A DNA stretch of 63,957 bases, filler included, from Neolecta irregularis DAH-3 (taxonomy: Eukaryota): assembly GCA_001929475.1 (NCBI GenBank). It is 8 parts of 8 records of this genome, joined end to end, with 100 filler letters (N's around TTAATTAATTAA, not from the genome) between each part and the next. Parts side by side here need not be neighbours in the genome. Positions count along the whole stretch, not along the records: positions 1 to 27,412 come from LXFE01000235.1; 7 more parts are not named here. One strand, given 5' to 3'. A program made the translations under genes and the position numbers. Within the stretch, counting starts at the first letter, position 1. Every line of letters starts with the position of its first letter. This document shows, piece by piece, positions 13,085 through 27,412 of the stretch. The notes beneath the pieces are model-generated. The model did no database searches, had not been told where the DNA came from, and saw only the letters and a program-made list of their open reading frames with translations.

Positions 13085-15859
13085 ATGGCGGCCGAAACCT
13101 CATGCAATTCTCTCAAGCCAGATTATAACATGGCTCCTCTTCCTAGCCGAACCTCGTCTCTGCATAGTCGAATCTCCCAACCGATTCCGGAAAAGCTCAA
13201 GATGACCCCTCCGCCTCAACAGAAGAAGTCCCTTTGTTACGGCTATGCTGTTATGGGCCTTCCAAAAGAACCAAACTCCTGGCAAAAGGCTGTACCGCTT
13301 CCTCAAGGCAAAGTTATGCATATGAAAGGAGCAATCAATCAATATTATGTCCCGGAAATTCTTGGTAGCTCGCCTAGGATCGAGCAGGACCCCGAAACTG
13401 CTCGTTCCTTCTATTCCGCTATGAGGGTTTGATTCATCATCTCAACGTGACTCAAGTGGCAGGGCTCTTTTCCTCATGATGTTGAAGTCGCTGTTGGAAA
13501 GACTCAGCCTCAATGTGTTTCTCATTGCTTTGTCATTCAACAGGATGCGTCGCGTACTCTATTCGGGGTAACTCTTCGAGTTTGGAGTAGAGCAGACGAC
13601 AAAAGATGTGAAACGATACGTGAACTAAGGAAACGCATGGATAGTTCCAGTGACTATAGTCAAGATGAAAATTACTGGATCCCATATGCGTATGTGTCCT
13701 TGCTCGGAGCTTTTTTCGAATATCAGTCTCTGTTTTCTCAGTCGTTACCCTTTATACAGTCTCTTGAGCGACTATCTCAAGGCTATGTGGATCCATTGGA
13801 ATAAAGCTACGAACTTGTTTCACGCAGAGTATGTAGTCATTTTACGAGCTTATTGACATTTAGAGAAGTTTCTCGTATTTTAACCTTTCCAGCGCCACGA
13901 CCGAATGATCTAGTACGAATTGACATGAAAGATTATGCGGTATGGTCGCATCCCTGTTTGTCGAACTTACAATTCAAGCTCTGTTATCAATTTCCTCCCA
14001 CTCCAGTCAACTTTCAGAATGTAAGATGCCATATTTTGCTATATCTGATGATTAGTTTCCAATGTGGCCACTGTTTGAATGCTTGTCTCTGCAGAATATT
14101 GTGGGAGTCATTGAAGCTGCACTCTGTCCTACCTCCAGAATCATTTTTGCATCGCATTCTCTTGGAATGCTATCCGTTGCCAGTGAAACAATACGATATT
14201 TGATACGCGTTTATGAATGGAGCGGACTGTACGTGCCGGTCGTTCACTCTCGAAATCTCTCAAGCATTGTTCTTGAGCCTGGTCCATATATCTTGGGAAT
14301 TACCTCCGAGTGTCGAGGACTCTTTTCCGCGCCTCCCGATGTGTGTAATTGTGTTTACGATATCTTAACTGAATGACAGGCCTTACTTGTCGATCTAGAT
14401 CGTAACCATGTCATAACTACTTCTCCACCGACGATGCTCAAGCCCAGTCAACGAGCAAAGTTTATTTCTCGCCTTCAGACAGCCCTTTGTGGCGACATAC
14501 CCATCACTGGTGTCCCAAAATTCCTCAAGGAAGCTTATCCTAACGGTAAATTGACGCCCTGTGGACAGGTAATCGTCATGAAAGGAAAAATAGATACTAT
14601 TGAAGAGCCTGATTGGTGGAAAGCATCCGCAAACATCTATACTATCATCGATCGAGTTTGTCAAAAGTCAATAACGAACACTCGGCTCAAGGCTGTATTC
14701 TCTGGCTCTCAGAAGCAACAGGTCATGACCAAGGTATCCATGAGATACCTGAATGAACTCGTCCGTGATAAAAACGCATACTCTCGAGAAGTATTCGAAG
14801 CCTAGTACAAACCAGCTGCAACTGTGATAACTAACTGTGATAGTCAAGATTATATCAACCTCAAAGGTCGAACAGATACCGAGATTCAACGAGTTACAAA
14901 GCGTAATAACTTTTTGGTTGAGGAACTGGAGAACTGGAAACAACAGGTCGAGTAAATCGTTTTTCATTTGCTGATATATATAGTTTGAAAAGTTCCAGGC
15001 ATTTGCTGCTCAACTTACTCAGGATGCTAAGAAGATGAAGACAGAAATTGAAAGCCACAAGCGCGAAGCTCGTCGACTCACTCACCAGATTGACCAGCAA
15101 CAAGTAGACTTCAGCGATCTCAAAAAACGTCTCTCAAATTCTGAAAAGGAACGCGAAAATACCCAGAAATCCCTTGAAAATGCTCAACAGGTTGTCGAGG
15201 CACTTCAAAGAGAACGAGACGCCATTAAGGTCGAGTTAGGCAAACTTAAAACCCACTATGGCCAAACCGTTCAACAACGTGAAGAAGCCCAGAAAGTCGT
15301 ACTTCATCTTCGTAATCTTATCGATGGGCAAGCACAGCACATGCAAGTAGTTGTCCAAAATATGGCTTCCCCAGCTGAAGCTTCTCCTGAGGAGCCTCTG
15401 ACAGAGTCGAACCGTTCTTCTATCATTAGTTCTAGGACGGCTACCCCTGATCTGAAGGCATCGCCTGAAATGGAAAGCAAATTTTTCAACTCAATATCAC
15501 CTACGAGACGAACTTCCACTTTGAGTCTCGCCGATACAACCGACAGAGCAATCCGCGAAAGAACGGATGAAATTGCTGTTATCATCAAAAACATCACCGA
15601 GCAATGTGCAAAAGCTGTTGATAGTTTGAATTTGGCTGCTGAAGATGAAGGTGTTGCGGATACAAGGTCATATTCGCCAGATTGCCGTCGGAATTCAACT
15701 GCTATGTCGAACCTGACTTGCGATACCATTGAAAGTTGTGACAGTGAAATCCAAAGTGATGACGAAATTGAGATTGTAGACAAGAAATATCGTGCTACGA
15801 TGTATGATATCAATGGAATGCGTGCAGCTAGTCGCCAGATCGCCGAAATCAGCGAATAA
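13085..15859 (+). CDS. DENN-domain protein with C-terminal coiled coil
   Basis: LFGVTLRVW, LCFLSRYPLY, MWPLFECLSLQNIVGVIEAAL, YVPVVH..PGPYILGI and LVDLD, followed by a long coiled coil. The 5' end is uncertain and may start near 12852. Confidence 0.8.
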
Positions 15860-16189
15860 GCAGTATGCATGGACTCGTTTGGAGAATCGGAAATTTGCTC
15901 ACTTTAATAGAGACTTTTCTGTTGCCTTTTTTAAGACATTCTTTGCTTTGTTTTTTTATAGTTCCGTCATTTTAGAATAGCTGCTTTTCTTCGCTACTAG
16001 ATCATAGGCAGAGCCATTTTGATAATAACTATTCAGGGTCATTGTACTGAAAAAACCGGCTTTTTGGGAGTATTGACATTATGCTCATGTTCAACTTTCG
16101 TCAATTGACTCCATATATGTATAGTACAATTCTGACGGTAAAGCTCCGGCTGCTAATATTTCTTCCACCCCGAATTGCATTGACTGCCA

Positions 16190-17062
16190 TTATACGCTTG
16201 GAAATCCGATGAGATATCGGATTGTAGTAGAGCGTGGAAGAAGTTTGAATATAAAAAGCCACAATACGGTGCCTGCCACCCATCCTGAGACCTAGAACGT
16301 TATGCTCAAGCACAATCGCATTAGACAAATACTTTCTCCAGCCATGTGTGAAAATAGAATGCCGTCATCAGCAACATCCACCACCAAAGAACGAGCAGCG
16401 CAGCGACGGCCTTTGTAGATGGTTCGGTTAACCCCTCCTGTACAAATGCGGGCATCAGTTCATGCCACAAGAACAACGAGGCATGTGTAAGCATAAAACA
16501 GTGCCCTGACAAATCCCACCACCCTCCATGCCATCGTCCAATCTTTTTACAGGCAGCGGATGTCATGATTTTCAAAGGACTCGGCATGATAGTTATAGGA
16601 TCATGGGTACTGTCGACAATACACATCCCACCAGTTGAGAGGAACAAGCGATCTATGAGTGGCTATGATTTTGAGCTTGAGTGAAGGAGTCAAATATACC
16701 GCCCCAAAAAACCACTGAGAAATGAAAATCCACCACAAAGATGCGATAACCCATCTGATTAATGCTCGGGGCTTTAATTCAGATCGTAATCGTGAATAGT
16801 GCCATCCAAACCCTATTGTAGTCCAAAACCAGGCATTCTTTACAAAGTAAACGTTGAATATGTTTGTTTTTGAAGCGAAATATGATCTCTCGGGATTAGT
16901 GATTGAGTAGAGGCTACCCAAAAATAGGGTTACGGGATATATGGACACGATCAAGATATCAGAGCGATTCAAACCCAGACGTCCGAAGTTCAGGCCGTGA
17001 GATAACGAAGGAAAATAATTACGGGAGGCAAGATGCGGAGGAGCTGGATCCGGGAGAACCAT
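16190..17062 (-). CDS. SCS3: FIT family acyl-CoA diphosphatase Scs3
   Basis: NIFNVYFVKNAWFWT, SQWFFG, W.GG.DLSGHCFML and WWWMLLMTAFYFHTWLEK. Confidence 0.93.
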
Positions 17063-17412
17063 TTTGTTATAACATGTGGTGTTGAAATGGTGTACCTACG
17101 ACGGCCCAATCTGTGATGTGGTCTTAGACCTCCCAAATGGGGGCTGGCGCATACATCCTAATAAATGAGATTGCTGATTTACAATCTTGAAGAATCTAAA
17201 AATATAGAATCCATATGACAATAAATTGAGGAAATAATAAGTCGATCTATATTGCAATCTATTATACTGACGTCCTTACATACTATATGTACTGGATTCT
17301 ATTCGAAAAATATTCGAAAAAAGGGAGATCATGTTAGTGAAGAAACATGGAATGATTTTGAGCCAAAAAGATAATAAAAAGAAGCACCTGGTCATACACC
17401 CCTCGATAAATC

Positions 17413-20400
17413 CTATTTTCGCCCATGCCTTTTCTTTGGATGACTGATGATCGTCTTAGAGGTAGCCGTAATCCCGTCGTTACCACCGATATAACGAACA
17501 AGGTCTTCGATACTGCGATTTCCTTGGTTAGGAAGAATAGTGTTGGGTACTGGGTTCGAAATTTCTGCCTGCTTGCTCGGTAATACAATTCTCGTTCGTC
17601 GAAGCTTTCGAGCCTGCAACTCTTTAGTTTGACGAGCAGCGATCACAGCGTTTTGCGTAAGAATTTGGAGCCAGTGATTGGCCTCTTTCGTATTTTCGTG
17701 ATCTTCTCCGAGCTATACAATTAGATTATTGTTTAACAAGAGAAATTACCACTTCAGAGAAGATATTTAAAGAACTCCGCATTTTGTTGATAGACTCCTT
17801 ATATTCTCCAATCATGGCAAGAGTCTGCGAAAGCTGGAAGAAGATAGTTGCCGTAATGACTGACTTCTCTTCAATAGTCACATTGCAAATCCGAAGAGCC
17901 TCCTGAAACCAGGTTACAGAACTCTGGAACTCTTTTCTGTTCTGGAGAATATTGGCGATATTGCCCATGAACGTAACAGCTTCGGGATGATCATCTCCAT
18001 ATATGATTCTCCAGTAACCATACACATGTCTAAGTAATGCCAATGCATTGGCTGTTCTTCCAGCAGAATTCTCATACATGGCGAGACTAATCTGCAAAAG
18101 ATAAGATGGCTGCGTTGGAGTATAGACGTACGTAAAGCTGAATAGTCTCATTGTGATCAACTCCGAGGGTACGCTCAGAGATGATTAGAGCTTTGCGACC
18201 AAGTTCACATGCAGCTTCCTTTTCATCAAGGGCATTGTAGACAGCCGCGATTTGACTAAAGCATCGAGCTACATCGGGATGGATCACGCCATAGATTTGC
18301 TCATGAATTGTCATTGATTCAATGAGAACTTCCATTCCTAACTGCTGCTGATTTTGAAAGATACTTGTCCGGCCAGCCGCAAGAGTTTCCTCTGCGATAG
18401 TGCTCTAGAAATTAAATTCGGGAATTTTCAGTATCTTGAACCTTCCCGTTGGTATGTTTGACGATTGGAACGATATTTAAGATGTCTTCTGGTACGAATA
18501 TTGTCTTGCGAAGTACAGGTGTTTCGCCATTTCTCTTTGAAGTTTTGCCGTTTTCATTAGTCTTGGATTGTTCCATCTGACTCTGTTCATGGACCATTTG
18601 AAACTGATATTCTTGGGCTTTGAGTTGAATACCAAGCTTCAGACATATTTCTCGGAGCAGTTGAAGAGGGCGAGTAACTGGAAGATTTTCTGTAACATTA
18701 TATCGAAATCGAATCTGAACTTCTTTGGCAATGCTGTCTCGAAGGCTTTCAGAGGTGTATCGGGTGAAATCATATTCATCGATGCGATAAAGTGTTTTAA
18801 ACATCTCATTGGATTCTGCATTCGGCGAGAGATTTACCTGGTCCCCGAACAAACAATTTAGCAGATGCGAAAGCACGTAAGGGACAACAACTCTAGGCAG
18901 ACCTCTAATGATTCGCCCAAAGACATGTTTGGTAGCCCGGGCGACCATTTCCTGAATAGCAATAACCTAAACATATTAACAGATTGGAGAGAACGTGGTC
19001 ATGAGACCTTGAGAGGCTCGGTTTTCTTGGATTTTGCTAGGTCAGCAATGATACCAAGGTAACGCATATTGATTCCCCTCCTATGCAAATTGGTGGATAG
19101 AGCTGCCCCGTCTATTGGAGTTGGCAAACTTCCATTTTCGAAGCTTTTGATGTATGCGGGTATATGATGATTTCGGAGATACAAAGAAAGGTTTCGGACG
19201 AGCTCTTCGTCTTTCTTGAGTTCTGCCTTCTCTTCATCCGTTTGTGGGATTTGGCCACTAAATGCATCGGTGTTGAATTTATATTGTTTTCTAAACTTTT
19301 TAATATCAATTAGCGGTTGCGAATCGAGATTCTGTTTGGAAATTTTGCCATCAACTTGGGGTGTATCATCCGCCGGAGTATCTTCAATGGTCATGGGCTC
19401 ACCATTGGTGTTGAACACTACTTTATTACACTGTTCCCTCATATACTCCTTAAGTTTGATTTGCCAATAAGGCTCGAAGAGTTCAGGTCGAAGAACAGAA
19501 ACTCGATGAGGGTAATTGCTGTTATCGTATTCCCTTTCGATCCATTCAATATCAAGGGGAGTTAATCGATAGAGATCGAGAATGTATTTACGCCCATCGG
19601 ATCCACTGAGACCTTTTGTTTCGATGCTACTCCAGAGTTCCTTTCGATATCCTTCTTTGTCCCATACTGGGTGAAGTTTAACATGAGTAGCCTCGGCAAC
19701 CTTCTTCAGTAATTCATGGAAGTCTTCATTTGTCGCGACTTTATCATGTCCATCAATACCTCCGTATACAATCTGTTGATCTCCCTCTTCTCTCTGACGA
19801 AATATTCCAGGGACCACGCTTTGAGCCACCAAGCGATCCCCGAGGTAATCAATGAGTACGGTAGCTAATATTGCAACTCCTTCAAGATCTAGAGTATTCA
19901 AGAGGCGAACACCGACAACATCTTTCCCAACTGCAGCATGAGCAGCCTCGTGGCCGCCATAAGCTTTAAATGTGTCTGTTCCGTCGATCGCGCGCGAGAA
20001 GAAAATGCCTCCGTAAACGTATAATTGGGCCTCAAAACTCTCATTTGGATTCAATGATTGGACTTCACCATGAATAACCAATTGAGCTCCACGTGCGGCC
20101 GCTTCGGTGAAGTCGGCCAGTGTCTTTTGAAGCACTCTTTCTCTCAAAATACGCTCTTGAAAGGTGCCTCGAGGTAGCTCTCGTGCGCTTTGAATCTCTT
20201 CATTCCAATCTCTAAGACTATCGATTCCATTGATTCCACTGGTAAGGTAAGTCTCTTGAGAACGACCGGCATCTGCCGTTATAGCTGGAATATGGACCAA
20301 CCAAGACGAAGCTGGTATGACATTGGGAGGGCTCACATGTGTAAGGGGATCTCTTGATTGATTTTGTTCAGTAATCTTAGCTAGACCAGTACTAAAACCC

Positions 20401-21227
20401 GGTGAAAGGTTTGAAAGAACTTCATTCAATGTATAAGCGGCAAAATCTTTTGGTGCCAGCCGAGGAGATGGATCGAATTTGACGTTATTAGATTTGCTGA
20501 CGTAGAAACCGCCGATATGAGAGGTAATATGGTATTGCTCTCCTTCTAATGTCGTGACCTGAAGGTATAAGAGATGGCCCTTGGATCGTAGATGTTGCGG
20601 TGGTGGATTCCAGTTCGAAACTGACAATAACTTAACACATTGAGGCGTTGGTTCAGAATATTGGGGAATAAAGGATGTCAAAGACGGCGGTTGAGATAAA
20701 TCGAAACCGCTAAGAGGCTCTTCTTGATTGACATCTCCGTAATTAGCTTCTCTACAGGGAAAAGAAGTACTCTTGATTACAGTTTCAACATGTGAGAGGC
20801 CTGCACTGATTCCGCCAGCATCTGTGTATGATTGGGTCAGCCCCATAAGCTCTCTCAGCCTATACACATGATGTCGAGCGTCTCTCTCATTATAAGGGTC
20901 TTCAACAAGCGTCAGTTCACTCTGTTGAGTGACTTCGGAAAGGTCTTTGAGTTCAATAAACTCGTTCATAGTCTTTCCATTTATTTCAAGGTGGAAGCAA
21001 GAGTAAATAGCATGAGTAGGATATTCCAAAATTGATTGTTTGATGTCATGGAGAAGTTCATGCGGACCAGCCTAATGTTGATAAGTGATTTTCTCATGGA
21101 GACTCCACACCATGATTTTAAGCGGGACTTCCCCGCGAGGGAATTTAATCGTTAGCGCATAGGTCTGCTCTTGATGTTCTTCTGTTTCAATTTAGTAATA
21201 AAAGTCTGAACATACGAAAAGTGCCAT
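17413..21227 (-). CDS. CLU1: Clustered mitochondria protein Clu1/Tif31
   Basis: WNPPP..LRSKGHLLYL, RDWNEEIQ, DYLGDRLVAQS, GSDGRKYILDL, LHRRGINMRYLG and C-terminal TPR-like repeats. Confidence 0.96.
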
Positions 21228-21543
21228 CTGCAAGCGATTGGGATTCGGCCGACGGTTTATCTAGAATGCCTAATTATCAGAATATATTTCATAGGAATAA
21301 AAGGGCACCGTTGGGCTGTATTTCCTCTGCAGTCATGGTGGGAGAATGACAGAATACCGCAGGTGAGATTGTCGAAGAAATTTCTTCTGGGCTGATTCAC
21401 CGCCGACTTGCCCGAATTCGACACTTCTCCCTCGGTAATAATAGAATTTTGTATTCCAGTTCTATTCGCGTATTTACCGCGTGTTTTTATATACATGATA
21501 CAAATGCACTTGTTTGCCAGATTCTGCTCCGGATCTCCACCGC

Positions 21544-22717
21544 ATGTCACAGTCGAAGTTATTTCTGCGGATATGTCATGCGATCGCTCGGCACAGGAGA
21601 AATACCCATACGTCTTCTGGAACATCTCGAGAAAAGTCAGCGATCATGTTTCCTGGTCAAGGCACACAAAAGATTGGGATGACCGCCCCGCTATTAAAGG
21701 CATTTCCATCTGCAAAGTATGTTTTGGATGAGATCGATGCGAAACTTGGGTTCAGACTTTCACATCTCATTCTGAGCGGCTCCCCTGTTTGTACCCTTTT
21801 GTATTTACGCTTCATGCTTAAATTTAGGATGAATTGATCAAGACCGAAAATGCTCAACCTGCAATCGTTGCAACAGGTTGTTGTATCTTGTACATTCTGG
21901 AAGTGCGTGTTGTTCGTGTAGTCCTCATTCAATTCATAGAAAGAACTAGGAGTCACGTTGATAAACCATATCAATTATGCCCTTGGTCACTCACTCGGTG
22001 AATTTACGTCATTGGTGGCCGCCGGCGTGGTGACCGGTCCAGACGCTGCGCTACTCGTTCACGAAAGAGGAAAGTCCATGGCTATGGCTATAGCTTCGAT
22101 ATCCGAAGAGACTCTAATGATTGCCCTTATCGTAGAAAAGGGTCGCGTACCCGATTTGATCAACAATGTCGAGAATTTCTCCAAGAAACTCAGTGTGGGT
22201 ATTTGTCAGATTGCAAACATAAACTCAGTGATACCAATTGCCTCGAATCAACTGATTTTAGGATGACCAGCTTGTGCTTTCTGGAACAAGACAAGCGTTG
22301 GCGGATTGCATTGATCACCTACGACGATTTAGCGGTCATGACCCAAGAGCTATTCCTCTAGCAACAGCCGGCCCATTTCATACCAATGTTATGGGTCCTA
22401 CCGTTAAAATAGTTTCAGACCTTCTAAACCAGATATCTGTATCACCTCCCAAAGTGCCTATCATCATGAACGTTACCGCTGAACCAGTAAATGACGTTCT
22501 CGTATTGAAAACGCTCTTGACCCAACAAGCTGTCAAACCAGTTTTATGGTGGAAAAGTGTTGAATATTTACGGTCGCAAAATGTTCAAAGATATATTACC
22601 ATAGGCCCGGGAAACGTCATCCGAAATTTGGTAGGTAAACAGGTTGGGAAAACAAAAGTCATTGGTTGTAGTAGTGTAGAAGAGATCATAGATCTTGGAA
22701 ACATATTACGCCAATAA
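21544..22717 (+). CDS. MCT1: Mitochondrial malonyl-CoA:ACP transacylase
   Basis: MFPGQG, AQPAI, active-site GHSLGE, IANINS and PFHT; Arg-rich leader. Confidence 0.92.
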
Positions 22718-22798
22718 CCATTCAAAATAATCATACAAATAGATCCTGGAACTGGGTTAAATAATATCTAAACACCGTCATGACTCAACTCCATCCAT

Positions 22799-24682
22799 CT
22801 ATACTGATTGCAGGCCAACACCGCGATTAGCCTCTTGAATTTCCAATTCTTCGTTTGTGCAACTTGAGTTGTTTTTATGACCAAACGCTTCATACATACC
22901 CCCGACGCTTACCATTGTAAACTTGGAAGCGGTCGGGGCATCTAAAATATCGAGTTCATCAAACGTGAAAAGCTTGGGACATAGGTATATTCGTAGAGGT
23001 ATTAAAGACATTATAATAACCGGAAATCCGGACGCGGCTAGCTAGTTAATTTCACAACTGGAGATAGGTGCAACCTATAGTTTGAGTGATTGCAAAAGTT
23101 GCACCAAAGCCGAGCAATTCGAGCGCGACAAATTTATAGACTGCATTCGATCGACACAAACGAAGTGGATCATCTTGGGATATGAAATTGTTCTGGGTAC
23201 AAAGCCAAATTATTTTTCTCGTTATGCCGTTTCCCAGAATAGCATCAACCTAATGGCTGGTAACGTATAATGTGGAGTGAATGTACGCCCATAACCCAGA
23301 ACAACCCAGCCAAAACGGCTTGAGGTATTTTATGCAGAACCGTTAGTAGAGGTCCTGTCATTACAATCAAGGAAAGAAAGCCTTGAAGAAGGTTGCTTGC
23401 TCTTTGCTCGACCACGCGTTCAATTACTGGTTCGTTTTTCTCATTCAGAGTTGTCACGCATAACGAAGCAGTGTGAAAAGGCGCTTGTGGTATGAGACCA
23501 TTCGGAGCGGGTATTCCGAGCAGACCAGATATCAGTACGACGATGCCAAGTAGAGACATGTCGTAATGGAATGCAGCTGGTTTCTTTAAGGGGAATTCGG
23601 AACCTTGTGCTATCAGACACTGGAGTAAGTAATTTACGGCTAATTGAAAATTACTGAAACGTTGTGATCAAACCAGAAGAGGATGGTAAGTAGTATGCCG
23701 AAAGGCAGAGCCTCGAAAACATGAACGGCATCCAAAGTCCAGAAATCTACAACCCAATTTCGATTGAGGGTAGGCTGAAAGGCCTGGGATACAGGCAAGG
23801 TTTTTAAACCGACGTATCGCATCCTGCCGATATATGGAAGTCCTGTAAAGAAGATAATTGTGAGAGGAGTTCCGTAATCAAGCACAAGAATTCGAACCAC
23901 ATGTTTGAACAGGTTTGATGAACCAATTCTTTGACATACACATCCGACGATAAACACCAGCAAAGCGAGTGTGATGCTTAAATAGCCACTTGCTTCGGAA
24001 TCTTCAAATTGACGAGTCAAAATTTGAAAGCCCTTTAAAATTACAAAGGTAACCCATTTTTAAGTATACCTTTTGTAAATACAGCATTGCAACGTAAAAT
24101 CCAAATGTGTCGCAGCTGAATCGGGTAACGTATTTGAGAAAATTGCACCCATTGAAAATTGCAATGATGAGGTGAAAGATTAATCCCCATAATGACACCC
24201 ATCCCATGAAAGGGAGATATGGAACTCCTTGGCGATGAACAATGTCATAGATGGTATAGTTGAAGACTGTGATGGGACCGGTGACACCAACGATACATAA
24301 TGGCTGCCCGCCGAGCATTGAGAATGCAACAGCAGCAATGACGCTCGATAACAAAACCTCATTCACTCCATAATTGCTGTCAGTTTTACTGACAAGATCG
24401 AGCGCAAACGCGACTGCTGGTAAGATATTGGCAAAGAACATGTAGATGCTTGATTCAGTCTCCTATTTTGTAAAAGGTACAACACCTAGCTGGAACTATG
24501 CGATAATCCCACGCATCTGTCCAGTCGGAGACATAAAAAGGTGCTCTGCGTTTAATATCATTGATAATTCCCACGAACGGATGAATTCCGATATTTTCAG
24601 AGAAAGACTTTCGAACTGGGATGCTTGTGGCACATGAAGATTTTTGCTTGGAGAGGCCTCTTGAAATATCTTGCTCATCCAT
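22799..24682 (-). CDS. BOR1: Borate/HCO3- (SLC4-type) transporter Bor1
   Basis: DIKRRAPFYVSDWTDA, FANILPA, GQPLCIVGVTGP, TRFSCDTFG, FDHNVS, PNGLIPQAPFH and VVEQRASN. Confidence 0.94.
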
Positions 24683-24856
24683 CTGGTCACAAAGGAGGTA
24701 TGAAAAAGGTTTCGTGGGACTAATTTGATTAAATTCAAGAGGATATTTAGAATATAACGTTGATGCCAGGGTCTAACTTTTTTTGACTTTGACGTCACTT
24801 GGCTACTTTTTTCGACTTCGACTTCACTTGAAACAACTCTTTTGAGCGAATACCGA

Positions 24857-25351
24857 ATGCTTACACACCATCCTGCAACCAAATCTCAAAATACAATCAA
24901 TCAAATGTCTTATGGCCAGGTTGATCATGGCAGAGTACCTCAGTTCTACCAAGGCTCTTCTCGTCCATCATCTATTTACGGTAGGGCAAGTGACCGCCGT
25001 GACTTTGGACCTGAAAATTCACCCGCAGCTTCACAATTCCATGATGCTGCATCATACAGACGAGCTTTTGCTGAATCAATTATCAAAAACTCGCCTCATG
25101 TGAGTAATCTTAGAGCACCTTCTTTTTCAATTGTCAATATACATCAAGACATGAAAGATTTTGGAGAGGGTTATCGACGTTTTGAACAGTTTTGGGGAGA
25201 GGAGACGGCGAAGATGATGCTTTCTGGCAAGCCTCTAGGGAATTTCAGGGCGAAGCCAAAGAAACGGAGACAAACTTGGAGGCAACGAATTCACAAGAGA
25301 GCTAAAGCTTTTTTCAAGAGAATTACATGTCGACGAGTGTACCGTCATTAA
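24857..25351 (+). CDS. Hypothetical protein
   Basis: Intronless ORF of about 165 aa occupying otherwise empty space; basic C-terminus. No family recognised. Confidence 0.45.
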   Translation: MLTHHPATKSQNTINQMSYGQVDHGRVPQFYQGSSRPSSIYGRASDRRDFGPENSPAASQFHDAASYRRAFAESIIKNSPHVSNLRAPSFSIVNIHQDMKDFGEGYRRFEQFWGEETAKMMLSGKPLGNFRAKPKKRRQTWRQRIHKRAKAFFKRITCRRVYRH

Positions 25352-25444
25352 TTGTTCAGTGATCGAACCGATCCACCTGTACTTTTGACCAAAAATGCTT
25401 CTTTTATTCTTGTCCAAGTGCATATATATTCTTGCACAACACAA

Positions 25445-26285
25445 CTATTGTACAAATTGTTTGAGATAATCATAGTGTTTCTGGACATCATTGATAGTCT
25501 TTTGAACGATTTCCGGAAAGGTTCCGTCCTTTCTTTCGAATTTTTGGAAGCCGTTGCTTTTTATAACCTGGTCATGAAAGCCAGTCCACTTGTCAAACTT
25601 GTTAGTGTTGCTATCGTCTTTCCAATCAAGCATGCCACTATCATACTCCAGTTTAACAAATTTGCAAAATTTCTCAATCGCGGCTTGTGGATTGTCGAGA
25701 TGCTGGCAACTTTCGATAACGAGCGTGTCGTCGATTTCTTTGATGATATTGAACAATGCTCGGAGTTCTGGGTATCCGTTCTCGGCCGGGTCAAAATATT
25801 TGAAGCCGGTTTTTTTAGATTGTTCACCGGTGCAGCAGCGGTAGTAGGACTTTACGCTTTTCTCTGGACACCTAATTAAAAAGGTATGTGTGAATTTACG
25901 TAGGGTTTCAACGGGGACCATGAGTTTATGGGTTTCGGGGTGAATGATATACTGGGCCATATCCTTTACGAAAACACGTTTTCCAGGGTATTCCTGTGTG
26001 TTAGGAAACCGGAGTGCATGTATATACTTTGAGGAGTTGATTGCTCACATCTTGCCAGGTTGTTGACCAGTGTCCGGACTCTTTAGCTTCTTCCTCGGTA
26101 TAACGGTAGTTCATCCTATCTTTTGCAAAATAATACACATCTCCATAGGGTTCATGAAAGCTTTTGCTTAGAACCTGGATTATAGGAAATGTTTACCACT
26201 CGATATCATTTCTGGTCATGAAAGCGCGCTCAAAAGCAGTGGAAGTGCTTCTGGGGTGGGTCCATAGTATAATTGGTTTAGACAT
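25445..26285 (-). CDS. P-loop sulfotransferase-like domain protein (Sulfotransfer_5 type)
   Basis: First exon MSKPIILWTHPRSTSTAFERAF, then FHEPYGD, VFVKDMAQY, HTFLIRCPEKSVKSY and W..FHDQVIKSNGF. Confidence 0.75.
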
Positions 26286-26655
26286 TGCATTAGCAAGAGA
26301 GAAGTCATTTGATTTTTATCCAGACTGAGACAATTTCCGAGTGGGGTAGCCCCCCATTGATTGGCAGAGCACGATCGACGCCATCCTTATCTCGGGTTGT
26401 TATTTGAGTCTCCCCCCCATTTTACCATCGTGACGCTATCCCTAACCCTATTTCCAAATATTACTGAATAGCTGCTCCGCATCTCACGAACTCTTCGACC
26501 CCGTCCTATCGTTCACGTGCCCGACTGTGTTGACCTGTCTGACTACCTATTCGACTTTCTCTTGCCTATTCGATTCACTATTGCCTTTATAGTACTATCG
26601 ACGCCACTCCAATCTCCTATTGGCTCAAACCATCCACTTGGATATACCGCAACAC

Positions 26656-27387
26656 ATGTCTAATGCGAATCCGTTTGTGCCCAAAGGACGGCAACCCAAG
26701 TTCCGTGTTGTAATTACAATCCACGATTTGCTAAACATCCCGCTGAATAGCGGGTTTGTGTATGTTCGATGGCATGTTAAAGACTCGGGACACTCTGAGA
26801 GCAAAGGACGGACTCACAATGCGGTAGTAAAGGACTACAGGAGTGTGTGGAACGTGGATGTTGATTCCAAGGTTCGAATGATGGTTGACAAGAATGGGAA
26901 TCTGCAGGAGTCGTTGGTTGTGGTGCAGGTGTTTCAGGTGGGGATGCAGTGGGGGAATGGTTGTTGACGGTGGCAGGAGATTATGGGAGCCAAGGCGTCT
27001 CTTGGGTGTGTGCAGATCAATCTTGCCGAGTATACGGGTGTGGAAACGGAGACGCGGCGGTTTCTGCTGCAAAGGTCCAAGGTGAACTGCACGCTCAAGG
27101 TCGGCGATGTGCGGCGGAGGGGGTTAGGCTGACCGCGGCAGGTGACCACGGCGATGAAGCAGCTGTCTGGGGACAGCGACTTCAAGGCGTGCGTGGTGCT
27201 TTCTGCGACGCTGACGGGCAGGCCGGTGCTGCAGAAGGCGCAGGTGTTTGGCGGCATCAGCGGCCTGATGGCGGACCCCAAGAAGACCGGCGACAAGTCC
27301 GCGGGTACGCCCGCCGCCCCGCTCCGCTCCACTCACGCCAAGGACTGCTGTTCCGCCCCGGGAGCAGCGGCAGCCACGTCGATGTGA
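26656..27387 (+). CDS. NT-C2 (EEIG1/EHBP1 N-terminal C2) domain protein
   Basis: PKFRVVITIHDLLNIP..GFVYVRW, LGCVQINLAEY and RRFLLQRSKVNCTLKV. The 3' end is uncertain next to the gap. Confidence 0.8.
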
Positions 27388-27412
27388 TGGCACGCGCCCC
27401 TTGCCGCCGCCG

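Noticed and set aside
26700-27412. Horizontal transfer or contamination suggested by high GC
   Set aside because: GC rises gradually within ordinary intron-containing fungal genes and the pattern recurs throughout the window.
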